This document shows, piece after piece, positions 49,201 to 61,244 of a DNA stretch of 64,000 nucleotides. Below the pieces are notes generated by a model. The model searched no databases. It was not told where the DNA came from and was given only the letters and a program-made list of their open reading frames with translations. Positions within the stretch are counted from its first letter, which is position 1, and the number at the start of each line of letters is the position of its first letter. The DNA comes from Neophaeotheca triangularis (Eukaryota). Both the position numbers and the translations under genes were made by a program. The stretch spans positions 310,001 to 374,000 of the forward strand of contig BAAIJX010000013.1 in assembly GCA_054600435.1 (NCBI GenBank), written 5' to 3'.

Positions 49201-50160
49201 TGAGAACGACCAATAACCAAGGACGAGACTTTCTTGCTTATCGCATCTAAACGAGGGTTGGGGATCCGGAATATTGCATGTGTACGTACCCAGCTTTGCC
49301 GGCATGCATCTTGCAGGGCGTGGCAGCTTGCAGGGTACTGAGCTCGTGGTTGTTAAGCGTGCGCATGCAGGGTGCGGATGATAGGTCAGGTGGGGTAGGA
49401 GGAGCATGTATGAGCGGGTTGAGATTGTCGTGGTATATGCATTGAATTTGGACATGGGGGTTCTAATGTCGCGACGCTATTATTGTCCGCGACACTCTTT
49501 CGATCCAAAGGCATCCAAGAAGAATCCCTTGCAGACACGCCTCTTGTGCCACCATGCCAACCCTCAAGCCACCGTCTGTGCCACGCGATCTTAGACAATC
49601 TATCTCTACTTGCATACACCCTCGTGGCACGCTAGAGAGCCACGCCGTCTGCTCTGCACTTCCCTCTCGTGGCGGAATGCGAGATTGACATCGTTACACA
49701 AGATCCCTTGGTAGAGCTCCATGGCCTTGGGGACGAGATGAATGTATTACCAAATCCGAGACAGTGGCCGTTGGATTTGGGATTTGGCGCATCGCGTGAC
49801 GCGCTGTCTTCGATGCAATACAGCTGGAAGCAATTCTCAGCGCGATCCATGTCGTTTCAGACGTGGCGCGTACGCAGAGAGCACACTATCCTGGGGAGCA
49901 ATTTGCGTCGCTTAGAGCAAGACATAGACGTCGCGACCCTTTCTGGACCTGCGCGCGTCGGCGCGTCTCTCGATCTCAACAGTGCTTTGCAGATGTCGTT
50001 GCCTTTTGGATTCCTTGGTATATTACACCGTGCTGGTGATGCGTGCATTGCGCACTGTCGCCTTCCTCGAGCAGAGCAACCGTGCGTTGCGTGCTTACGC
50101 GAAGACACCTGCCAGTGCTCTTAGAACACGCTCGGATTGCTCTGCCCAAAGCCCCTATCA

Positions 50161-50565
50161 TCACCCTCGCCCTGCCTGCAACTCCCCCACAACCCTCGCC
50201 AACCCAGCCAAAACCTCCCTCTGCCTCCTCTCCCTCTCCTTCAGCGCCTCAATTTCCCCCTCCAAATCCTCAACCGAGCGGTCCATGTCCGGTAACTTCT
50301 CCAGCTCCCTCAGAGCCCTACGGATCTTGCTCTTGATAGCTAAGACCTCAGTTGGGAGGCTCTTTGGCTCGAGCGGAGGCGCGTCCTTGTAGGCTGCGCC
50401 TGTGGGAATGGAGGGATCGCTGTCAGGGTGGTGCTCGAGGCGGGCTAGGAATTCGTGGAGTGAGGGCAGGATGTCGAAGGTCTGAGGTGGGGGGAGGGGT
50501 GGATTTTCAGGAGTGGTGGTGATGTCGTTTGGTTGAGTAGAAGCCATTGTGGTTGATGTGGCCAT
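50161..50565 (-). CDS. MED9: Mediator subunit 9
   Basis: PQTFDILPSLHEFLARL...AIKSKIRRALRELEKLPDMDRSVEDLEGEIEALKER..RQREVL is the Med9/Cse2-type coiled-coil signature. Confidence 0.82.
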   Translation of the reverse strand: MATSTTMASTQPNDITTTPENPPLPPPQTFDILPSLHEFLARLEHHPDSDPSIPTGAAYKDAPPLEPKSLPTEVLAIKSKIRRALRELEKLPDMDRSVEDLEGEIEALKERERRQREVLAGLARVVGELQAGRG

Positions 50566-50902
50566 GGGACTGGTCGGCTGAATGGATATTCTCTGTGCCT
50601 TACTCTTCAGGTTGTCCAGGGTCTTGTATTCATAGTCAGTAGGTAAAAGTAGGTACCTGGGGCTGCTGCTAAGGTAGCTGTTTGTGAAGATGGCCTGATC
50701 CGTGCGCCCGACACAGGCCGCTCCTGTGTCATGAGCTTTCCCAGTTCGTTGGGTTTGGTGGGGCAGCGATAGTGGGATGTCAACATTTCTTTTACGGCTG
50801 GGTTTGAAAGTGAACGATTGTTAGGGGATCTACACTTCATCACTCTTCGTTACTGGACTACCTCATTGAACCAGACATTTGCCAATCCATCAAGGTGTCG
50901 AA

Positions 50903-52520
50903 ATGGTGCAAGTCAACCAAAAGACCGTCTTGATCTGCATTGACGGATGGGGCGTCCCCTCCGAGAAGAGCGCGCCTGACGGCAATGCAATCCTCAACGC
51001 CGAAACCCCCTGGATGGACGAGTTCGCCAAAGAGGGCAGCAAGATCACTCAAGGCTACACCGAGCTCGATGCCTCTTCCCTCGCTGTCGGTCTTCCCGAG
51101 GGTCTCATGGGCAACTCTGAGGTCGGCCACTTAAACATTGGCGCTGGCAGAGTGGTATGGCAAGACGTCGTTCGCATCGACCAGACCATCAAGAAGGGGG
51201 AGCTCAACCAGGTTGAGAATATCGTCAAGTCATTTGACCACGCGAAGAACGGCAATGGACGTCTCCACCTGCTCGGCCTCGTCTCTGACGGCGGTGTCCA
51301 CTCCCACATCAACCACCTCTTCAGGCTTCTCGATGTCGCTAAAGAGAAGGGCATCCCCGACGTCTACATCCACTTCTTCGGCGATGGTCGTGACACCGAC
51401 CCTCACAGCGGTCTTGGACACATGAAAGAGCTCCTCGCCTATTGCGACAAGATCGGCGTCGGCAAGATTGCAACTGTCGTCGGCCGCTACTACATCATGG
51501 ACCGTGACAAGCGTTGGGACCGTGTCGAGATCGGCATGTCCGGTGTGGTCAAGGGCGAGGGCGAAACTACTTCGGACCCCGTCAAGACGATGCAAGAGCG
51601 CTACGACGCCGGCCAGACCGACGAGTTCTTCAAACCCATGATCGTCAACGGCGACGAGGCCCGCGTCAAGGACAACGATACCCTCTTCTTCTTCAACTAC
51701 CGCTCCGATCGCGTACGTGAGATCACTCAACTGCTTGGTGATCAAGACCGCAGCCCCAGACCGGACTTCCCCTACCCCAGCGACATCCACGTCACAACCA
51801 TGACCCGCTACAAGACTGATTTCAACTTCCCCGTGGCTTTCGCGCCGCAAGTCATGGACAATGTCCTTGCCGACTGGTTGGCGCAAAAAGGCGTGACCCA
51901 GCTCCACGCAGCAGAAACCGAGAAGTACGCGCACGTTACCTTCTTCTTCAACGGTGGCCGTGAAGTTCAGTTCGACAACGAGCACAGGGACATGATTCCC
52001 AGCCCGAGGGTCGCGACTTACGACAAGGAGCCTAAAATGAGCGCCATGGGCGTTGCTGAGAAGCTGTGCGAGAGAATCAAGGAGGGCAAATTCGAGTTCT
52101 TGATGAACAATTTTGCACCCCCGGACATGGTCGGCCACACTGGTGTGTATGATGCCGCTGTGGAGGGTGTAGCAGAGACGGACAAGGCCATCGGCAAGGT
52201 GTACGAGTGCTGCAAGGAGCAGGGATATGTCCTGTTCATCACTTCTGACCATGGGTGAGCTGAACAATGTCATGTTCCGCAAAGGAACAACCTGCTAACA
52301 CATCACTAGCAACGCCGAGGAGATGCTTACGGCAGAGAAGACCCCCAAGACTTCCCACACAACCAACAAGGTGCCGTTCGTCATGGCCAATGCGCCAACG
52401 GGCTACAGTCTCAAGAAGCAAGAGGGCGTGCTTGGGGACGTTGCCCCCACGCTCTTGGAGATCATGGGCATTGAGCAGCCCAAGGAGATGAGCGGAAGCA
52501 GCTTGCTCGTCAAGTCTTAG
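50903..52520 (+). CDS. gpmI: 2,3-bisphosphoglycerate-independent phosphoglycerate mutase (iPGM)
   Basis: Exons 50903-52254 and 52310-52520. DGWG, MGNSEVGHLNIGAGR (catalytic Ser), SDGGVHSH, DGRDT, AETEKYAHVTFF, PDMVGHTG, SDHGNAE and SHTT. Confidence 0.97.
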
Positions 52521-53243
52521 GAGGCTTCGTTAGGCGAGCTGTGGGATCGGTGGGTGGGTGTTGGGAGTTGCTGATAGAGAGCGAGCGAAGTCCATAGAGT
52601 AAAAGTAGTGTATACGATGGTTATGACAAGCATGGAGCAGGACACTCTAGGCTTTCAAACTGCACAGTAATCTGGGGTTACAAATAGCTCGGTACTGTCG
52701 AGTCGAAAAGCATGAGAATCCAGACTGCTGTCGCTAGCTCTGATGGCTCGAAATATCAGAGTAAGGACGGTGTCCAAAGTGCCGAAGTACGAACCTGTTG
52801 ATGAGCGACTTGTCCGCGCGGAAAAGTCCGAGCTTCAGCGAGCAGGCAGCTGACACTCCCACACTACTGCGTCGGACGATTCCAGACATCCAAGCTCGCG
52901 GATTGCAGGCAATCGACGCAGTGTCGAGTTCCACGTCCGGTATTGCTTCAACAATAGATTTCGATATCTCCAGATCTAGGAGAATTGTAGGTCTCTGACC
53001 CGTTTGTTCCAGCATTTCCGACCTCGGCGTTCGTGCTTGAAAGATCAGACGCGTGAAAGCCAAACAGCTTGCGCCGGCAGGATCTGAACACCGACCGGTC
53101 ATCTACATAGGCAAAGCTCAACGTCGACTGGCCCTGGAAGACGACTACCGCAAGTGCAAGTTGTAATCATCCTACCAGGCCCAGCTCAAAATCCTCGGCC
53201 GTGACTACCCCATCCACTTCAGGCCACCCCGCCCACTACAACC

Positions 53244-53831
53244 ATGGCCTCCTTCCTCGAAGACCTCTGGAACTCAATCTTCACCCCGGGCCCCACTCCC
53301 ACGCTCCTGATCGCCACAAACGTCACTTTCGCGGCGCTCCAACTCCTCCTCTTCGCCCTCCTCGTTGCGACTTACAGTATCCACTTCGTTATCCTCTCAT
53401 TCCTCTGCAGCGGTCTCTGGTGGAGTATCAACTGGTTCGCGCGCGAGGTGGCTGCTGCTCAGCGCATGGAGGACGAGGCGGAGCGTTTGCGGAAACGGCG
53501 GGCGGCTATTGAGAAGGAGGGAGGGAAGGGCACGACGGGTTCGGGGGCTGATGATGAGGGCGGGGATACTGAAGTTGAGGGCGAGGTTGGTGCGATTGGG
53601 GAGAGCGGGGAGTTGGTTGGGAATCGGAGTAGTGGGCCTGCTGGGAGTGTCGGGTATGAGCCTGAGGGTAGAGATGCGGAGGTGCGAGGGGAGGTCTTGG
53701 ATGCTTTGAAGGCTAGTGGCAGAGCTACGGGGGGCGAAGGGGCGAGGAGGAGAGAGGCTGGTGGGAATGGCGATCAGAGTGGTGATTTGAGTACTGATAG
53801 TGAGTGGGAGAAGGTTGGAGATGTTCGATGA
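53244..53831 (+). CDS. PKR1: ER V-ATPase assembly factor Pkr1
   Basis: MASFLEDLWNSIFTPGPTPTLLIATNVTF..two TM helices..SIHF..GLWWSINWF, with an acidic tail ending STDSEWEKV. Confidence 0.88.
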   Translation: MASFLEDLWNSIFTPGPTPTLLIATNVTFAALQLLLFALLVATYSIHFVILSFLCSGLWWSINWFAREVAAAQRMEDEAERLRKRRAAIEKEGGKGTTGSGADDEGGDTEVEGEVGAIGESGELVGNRSSGPAGSVGYEPEGRDAEVRGEVLDALKASGRATGGEGARRREAGGNGDQSGDLSTDSEWEKVGDVR

Positions 53832-54235
53832 TAAGGTACCTAGCCTTGGGGTAGGTATGTTGGGAACTGCTTCAACACAGTACTGCTACCTCTCCTCCGC
53901 AGAGGTACTGCTTCTACATCGCGGAGCATTTATTCCCCCCTGCACCGGATACAGTATCTGTTGACGTGCAAGAACAACCCCCTATCGCCACGTGATAAGA
54001 TCAACACGATAAGATTGCCAAGACGCTAGTATCAATCCCGCGTTTTTGTATAGCAAGCAATGCTTCGAACTTCCAACTCCATTCGCGCGCAAGCAACCAA
54101 ACAACTTCACTTGACTCTTCCGCATTCCACCCACTCCGAGTTTTACCACCTACCTATCTACCAATATCTTCGGCGAAGCGCGCATAACATACTTCACAAT
54201 TGCAGCGCACGCGAGAGCGCGCAACCTCGGACACC

Positions 54236-54856
54236 ATGAAGCTCGTCAGGTATGACGCTCACCAGTCTTCACCCTTGAATCGGCGCGCTGAACGAAGCTT
54301 TTCGGCAGGCTGCTTCACTGCGAACAACCGGGCTGACCATGTTAATCCGCTCATCAGGTTTCTTATGAAGTGCAGCAATGAGAGTGTCACGATTGAGCTC
54401 AAGACTGGTATGTATCCTTTCTAGACCCAGGAGACCGCCTCGTGCTGCGCAAAGAGTCAAGGCACTTGGATGGCTCGCGAACTTTCGCGCAAAAGCTTCA
54501 ATGGAGCCCACCAACTTACTCCCATCAAAGGCGCCATCATCCAAGGCACCATCGCCTCCGTCAACCCGCAGATGAACACCAACCTCCGCAACGTCAAAAT
54601 GACCGTCAAGGGCGGCGAGCCCATCTCCCTCGAGCAGATGTCCGTCCGTGGTTCCGAAGTCCGCTACATCATCCTGCCGGATTCGCTGCCCATTGACTCG
54701 CTCCTCATCGACGACCAGCCGAAGCCGAAGAACAAGGCTCGCAAGGAGACGGCAGACCGTGGTGGGCGTGGTGGACCTCGTGGTGGTGGCAGGGGCAGGG
54801 GTGGAGGACGTGGAAGGGGCGGCGGCGGCTTCAGGGGCAGAGGCAGGGGTTTTTAG
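54236..54856 (+). CDS. SMD1: Small nuclear ribonucleoprotein Sm D1
   Basis: Exons 54236-54249, 54358-54407, 54531-54856. [29 protein letters not shown]...VRGSEVRYIILPDSLPID with an RG-repeat tail. Confidence 0.95.
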
Positions 54857-56675
54857 GCTGGCTGCGTCATGGAGGAACATTCCTACAGCAATGAACTGTG
54901 ATGGTGGACTCGCGGGGAACATTTGCCAATCTTGCGAGAAAAGCGGGTTGCGAGACTGATGGTTTCAACAAAGACAAGTCAGTTGCGCGGCGACGGAGCG
55001 AGAAATGCGCGTAGTGTGTCTCAAGCACTTTGGCGATCGGCGTCGGGCGAAAGAGTGGCAGCTCAAGTGTAAATCACATATGCAAGATCAATGATGGGCT
55101 CAGATTGCTGGCTCAACGATATCAAGATGAGAAGTGCCACCGCGTGAGAATTGCGATTGATCGTTTGGTTGTTACTATTGAGATGGTCGTGAGTATCTCG
55201 CCAAGTCTTGGTCACTAAACCTGAAGGCAATGTACTTCGTTCAACACGACCGCGCATTTAGATAGAGACTATCCGAGGCAGGAAGCGAAAGGAGCTACTA
55301 GAGTGAAGAGGAAGCCAAGGTAGCCAAGGGCCATCCCCAGGACCTAAAGTAAGTCCCCCCCTTGTCTCAACCTCACTAAACACCCACCATCAGCCCGCTA
55401 ACCCCCTTTCCACCCAGCAGCGCAACCAGCAATCCAAACAATACATTCAATCCCCCGCGCAAAGCCCCCAATACCTCGACGGTTAAGACGTCTCTGCAAT
55501 CAAGTCAAACTCCCTAGTGGTTCCGAGGCTAGTCTGGAGAAGGTAGTTGCAGTACGCGGATAAATCGGATGAAGGCTGGCGGTTCGGAAGCCACCTCTGT
55601 CGAATGGCCGTTCTTGAGTACACATCTGGAAAAAGGATCAGAACCCCCCTCCCCCCCTCCCCTTCCTCGGTCGACCGCACCGACCGCATACGATTCCCGA
55701 CACCGGCGGACCAAAAGTGCAAAACCCCAGCTTTCAGGGGTTTTCCTTCCCCACTGCCCTCGAGGGTAGTGGGTTCCTGTTTGCTTTCTTTTTCTCTTTT
55801 CTCTTGTCCGGTTCACGACAGGAAACATGCACGCTTTTCCACTTCAAACATTTCTCCCTCCTCTCTCCTCCGCACTCGCCAACTTCTCCCGCGAAAAAGA
55901 CCTCGCACGACCAGTCTAGCGATAGATCTCCGTCAACATCAGCAAAAGTCCCAAGGGCCACCACAAAAAGACGGAGGGAAACACCACAAAAAAACGGAGG
56001 GAAAAACAAAAAAGAGAGAGCGACGAACCCTCTCATTCGAATCTCCCACCCAATCGGCCAACCCTCTTTGCCGATGAAACCTGCCCTCTTCATACGTGGG
56101 CCGTGTGTGGAGGGGCGTTCAGTTGGATTGGATTATAAGGCCTGGCACGAACGGGGCAATTTCACGTGGTTGTTTTCGGTTGCGGAGTAGGGAAGGGTTT
56201 TTGGGGGAGGCGTGTGTATGTGCGAGATGGCATGGGAGTTGGGCGTAGCTGTGGATGCTGCTTTCGACGACGCTGCGTGGATTGCTCCTCTGGCTTCTGG
56301 CGTTGCAAAGTGCTTTTGGCTTGCGTTTGTGTGCCTATACATACACCAATGTATATAATCTCCGTACGCGTCGACTGTGAGGACGGCAAAGGCGGTTGCG
56401 GAAGAAATAAAAGCCCGTCGAGAGACACCTCGAGGTCGCAAGCTCTCCACCGTCGATCGCGCGGCGCTTGCAATCCCTCACACAGCGTCTCCCAAACGCC
56501 CCTCTCGATCCTCCAGCCCCTAACTCACGTACTGTGCATCTACCAAGTGTGCCCATACACCTTCTTAACTGTGCCCCAGAGAGCGCTCGCTCAAGCCCTC
56601 CATAACCACAACAGCAGCCACCCTAAAGGCTGAAGGAGGCACCGCGAACATTTCGGTCTTCCTTCCTCGTTCTTT

Positions 56676-58095
56676 CTAAAAGTCAGCAGCAACCGCACGC
56701 TCAGCATGCCACTGCCGGTGAAGGTGCTCATGCCGGGACCGTCTGAACTTGGCAGAATGCGAGGGGGCTTGTTGACGATCTAAGCCAGGGGTGAAGAGTT
56801 AGCATTGCCTTGACCGGGATCGAGAATCGTGAGAGCGACTGACCGCCATCCGTGCGACTCTCGTGCTCACGAGCGCGCGAAGCCTCAACCACCACCACCT
56901 CAGGCATCACATCCCTCCACCCGACAAACTCCTCACGAGCAAAAACCTTGAACTCCGCTCCCTCGTCCTGCCTCTTCTCCTTCCCATCCCCACTGGGACT
57001 CGTCTCAACCAGTCCAGGCGCTTCACCACTGCTCCAGATCCTCAGTCCGGCGATTTCCCAATACGCCTCGGCGAAAGCTTCAGGGTGCTCGGAAACCCAC
57101 TCTTCACAGCTGGCCGCGCCTGTTCTCTCCCTAGCGCCAGAACCTTCCCAAATAGCGTCTGCGCCCGCCCAATCGCCGCAGAAAGTCGTGTCGAGGATGA
57201 ACACCATATCGTTGAAGCGCTGTTCGAAATCGCAGCCGGAGCCCGTGTGACGGGCGAGGGGTTTGCGCTGCCAATTGCGTGGATCGGGGGAGGCGTTGGC
57301 GTCGAGTAGATCTTCGGGGACTTGGTCGTGGGGGAACATCCACGTCGTGAAGCCTTCATCAGTCCATTCGTGCACGTAGACGGCGCCGCCCTGGGCATTG
57401 AGACCGGCGCCTGCGGTTGCGAGTCCACTCTCGTCGCTCTCGGCCCAGATGCCGCAGCCTACGTAGCCGTCGAGGTGGTTGCAGTCGCTGTGCTCGAGTT
57501 TACCCATGAAGACCATGCCCTCGTCCCCGGTAGCGGAAGTTGAGACGCTGTTGTTGTCGACAGAGCAGCCGGGCGAGGTGTGCAGCGTCATGCCATTACC
57601 TGTAGGTTGGTGCACCCACTCGAGCCAATCGCTCTCGCCGACCTCAGGCCATTTTCCCCCGGTCCCGAGGAACCAAGCTGCAGGCCACGTGCCATCGCCT
57701 GCCGGAACATGGCGGAGATCCATTACGGCCAGCATGCCGGATTTGAAACTCTGGCGGGAAGAGATGCGGACTGAGTTCCTTCCGTCAGGGGCCTGATTTT
57801 GGTGGTCTACGCCCATGTAGGCGGTCGTTTCTCCTGTGGCTTCGTTGTAGAGTAGCGCGAGAGTTTCGATGGAGGAGGCGTAGGGCATTGTTGTGTAGTT
57901 TACGTGGCCGTTTGTGGGATCCGCGTCGCTAAAGGCTGTGAAGTGGTTGAAGAAGGTTGCTCCGGGATAATCAGCGACGAGCGTGTACGGGCTGGAGTTA
58001 CTGGCTGCGTTTCGAACGGTATTGGAGTGAGCCGTCGTCTTTGCCGGCAGAAGAGAAAAGGCGGCCAGCGCCATTGCAAAAGAGTTTTGAAGCAT
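56676..58095 (-). CDS. Secreted GH16 endo-1,3(4)-beta-glucanase-like protein
   Basis: Signal peptide, DPTNGHVNY, GRNSVRISS, GTWPAAW, catalytic ExDxxE (GESDWLE), MTLHT, DTTFCGDWAG and AYWEI. A probable terminal intron 56843-56780 (GTCAGT..GCTAAC..TAG) gives a His/Arg-rich C-terminus. Confidence 0.88.
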
Positions 58096-59078
58096 CTTTG
58101 GTTCGTTCAATCGTTCGTTCGTATCTTGATGTTGAGTGCCGGTATAGGTAATTCGTTCAACCCCAACCAGCCGACTTAGACTCTCTCTTCAAATCTTAAC
58201 AACCCAGTCCCTCGTCACCGTAAACGAGCGTAGTAGTGAAAAGAAAACTCCAGTCATCGGCCAGTCCTTGCAATTGTTATGAAGTGGTAAGAGAAAGGAA
58301 AGTCTCAAACATGTACCAGAGAAGTCTGTTAAGCGTCAACAATGACGAGAGACTGCCAGAAGAGGCTATTGTCGTCGAGGAGCCTTTGTTTCAGGCGAGA
58401 GCGAGTGAAGTGAAGTGGAGTGGCCAGCACTGTAGGAAGAAGGAGTGAAGGGTGAAAAGAGTGAGGGCAAGTGAATGAGGGCAAGTGAATGAGACGTTTG
58501 ACGCTGGCGTGCAAGACAAAGCTGCTGTTCTGTCGCAGACGGGGGTGGAGTGTGGGAAGGAAGACAGACGGGCAGACAGAGAGACAAGGGGCGGAGAGGA
58601 GGGTGGAGCAGATATAGATATGGATGAATGGATGCCTGGACACCTTAGCTCGGGTAGACAGCAGGCAGCAGGAGCAAGCAAGTCGTAAGGATGCTAGGAA
58701 TGGAAAGAACAAAGCACACCTGTAACCGTTCACGGGAGTGGTATAGACGAATCATCCATCCTACAAGCGAAGGGACGATAATCATGGCTTCCATGGCAAC
58801 AGCTTGAGCTGGTCAAGTCAAACAACCTTGAAGTCTTCCCTCATTGCCTCACTTTCCGCCTCGTCTGAAACACGCGCGCCTCTCGACACGCCAAGGCCAA
58901 GCTTCTCGCCCGGGGTCTTCGTCCAATCAACACCCTCGACCCTTTTCCATGAAACTTCAATTCACCCACCCTTGCCACTTTATTATTACAACAGACCTTG
59001 CCCAAATCCCGCACACATCCCTACCCTACCTCAGTAGTTCATGCCGCTGCTAGTCTAGTAGGTAGCGTAGTAGTTTCC

Positions 59079-61244
59079 TTACGCAGGCAGTTTGCCCTCC
59101 TGCTGCGCTTCCTTGACCTGATCGAAAACCTACAGAGAAAAAGAAGCACACATCGTTAGCAAACCCCATAATTTTTCACAAACAGTATCAATATCGTCGG
59201 AGAGACAAACCTTCAACAACTTCCGCCTCGCGCCGAGCGCATTCACCCCTTTGCTCTCCAACCCCGCATCGTCCAAAGCGACCAAATCCTGCCATCGCAT
59301 CTCCTTCAAATTGTCCGTGTACTTGTGCAGTCTCAGTGTGCGCAGCCAGTTCGGGATATCGCGCAACAGTGCCAAATCGGTAGGGTCCTCCGGCGGTTTG
59401 GAAGAGCCACGACGACCACGGGGCGAGCGGCCGCGATGCATCTCCGAAGCGTCCGAGAGGTAGCCTTCGCCGCCCATGCCCATGCCGCCGCCTTGCAGGT
59501 TCGACATGTTCATGGCGCCGAGGTTGGCGAAGTTGCCCATGCCGCCGTTCGGGGTGTTGCCAAATTGTCCCATGCCCCCGCCGTTGCCGCCGCCGCCATG
59601 CTGTTGCTGCAGGTTGAGGTTTGCGAGGTTGTTGTTCAATTGAGCCATGTTGCTGCCGTCGAAGGCGGAGAGGTAGCCGTTGTTGGCTTGCATGCCTGCC
59701 CCGCCGTGAATGCCGCCCATTTGACCTTGGGGGCCCGTGATGGCGATACCTGGAGAGTTGGGGCGGGAGCGATGGCCTTGCATGGCTGCGAATTGCTGTT
59801 GTTGTAGAGCGGCGGCTTGTTGCGGGCTGAGGAGCTGGCCGTGCTCGTTGGTCATGTAGATGTTTGAGGGAAGGCCTGGGGAGAGCGGGTTGTTTTGGTT
59901 TTGTCCTTGCTGCTGTTGTTGTGATTGCTGCTGGTTTTGGGCCTGCGACTGGTTCTGGCCCTCGGTAGAGCGAGGACGGCGGTATTTGCGTACGTCGTCG
60001 AGCTGAATGCGGTTGTTAACGGTGGACAAGGCGGCCAGTTTCATTGCCGTAGCATTTGCTACCATGTCTGCTTGGTTGTTGCCGGCTTGTTGAGCGTTGA
60101 AGTTGGGTACCATGGGCGTGTTGGTCATGGAAGCCCAGCTCGCACCTGGCGCGTACGGGGAAAGCATCGGCATGCCCCCCGCTTGATTGTTGTTAGTGTT
60201 GTTGTTCTCGACGCTCGCATTCTGACTCGAGATGTTGCTGTCGCTGGAAATGGGAAAAGGTCGAGCTGAGCGCGGTCCGCCGGCAGACTGTGGAGGGTTG
60301 CTCAAACCAAACTGACCCATGGGCGCAGCGTTACCCGACGAAGACTTGGGCCTCGAGATTGGCGGCTGGTTCTCATTATTACTCGTGGCAGAGCTCCTCC
60401 AAGGACCCTCGGGTATGCCATTCTTTTTCTGCTGCTGGCCACTCTCTTCACCCGAAGCCATGCCTGGCGCCATGAAGGCCGAAGATCTGTCCCCGACTGT
60501 GCTGTTGCGGTTCGACCTAGGCGCAGTGCCCGTCTGCTTCTGAAACTCGGCCTTTTGGTCTTCAATCGCATTGGCGGCGTCTGGGAACATGGACTTGATG
60601 GTGCTGGGGTCGAGGCCAGAGTTGCGCTTCGCACTAGGCGAGGGTGGAGGTTTGCTGCCAAATCCGAACGAGCTGCGAGAGCCCTCGACGTTGAGCTTGT
60701 TCATAGCGTCATTCATCCTCGAGCTCATGGGGTCCTTTTCATTGAAAGCTGCAGGTGATAGAACACCAGACATGGGGTGGCTCTTGGCCATTTGCTGCAA
60801 AACTTGAATGAAGAAGCGAATCTGCACTTGCGTCGTCTGTTGCAGAAGAGCGTATAGCGCCGCGGTCCTTTCAGGCTCGCTGAGGACGCGGAACCACTGC
60901 TCGATGGCGCTGAGCTCGTCCTTGAAATCCTGATCAAGTGTAGCCGCCGCCATCTCCTCTAGAGTGTTCTCGTATTGATCTATGTCCGCAATCCATTGTT
61001 GAGCAACCTTGTCGGCTGCTTCGTCGGGATTGCCCTGCTGAGCGCCATGCTGAAGTTGGCTGAGGTAGACTTCTGAAGCCGGGCGGATGCCACGGTTGGC
61101 GAGAGGGGAGGAGAAGGCGCCCATGTCGGCGGAGGCGCGGAGGTGATGTCCGGAGCCCATGGAGCGAGAGTTGGGCGGACGAAGAGTAGAGGAGCCTGCC
61201 TCGGGAGTACTGTTGCGATTGCCGATGATGTTGCTAGCAGACAT
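59079..61244 (-). CDS. VTS1: SAM-domain RNA-binding protein Vts1 (Smaug family)
   Basis: Exons 61244-59211 and 59129-59079. [21 protein letters not shown] and SAM domain [16 protein letters not shown]...[15 protein letters not shown]. Confidence 0.94.

Noticed and set aside
51230..52282. Long antisense ORFs (350 aa opposite iPGM; similarly 2666-3691, 368-991, 39981-40598)
   Set aside because: Shadow frames of GC3-biased genuine genes with no recognisable motifs.
55940..56160. RNase MRP call from AAAGTCCC (55941-55952 area) and ACGGGGC (56151)
   Set aside because: Only a partial resemblance to CR-I/CR-V, with weak P4 pairing; insufficient without a covariance-model hit.
58462..58493. TGAGGGCAAGTGAA tandem duplication
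   Set aside because: Only two units with no spacer, in a probable VTS1 3' UTR or GH16 promoter; ordinary slippage and not CRISPR-like.
60932..60943. GATCAAGTGTAG resembling part of U2 snRNA
   Set aside because: It lies inside the VTS1 CDS and the surrounding U2 sequence is absent.
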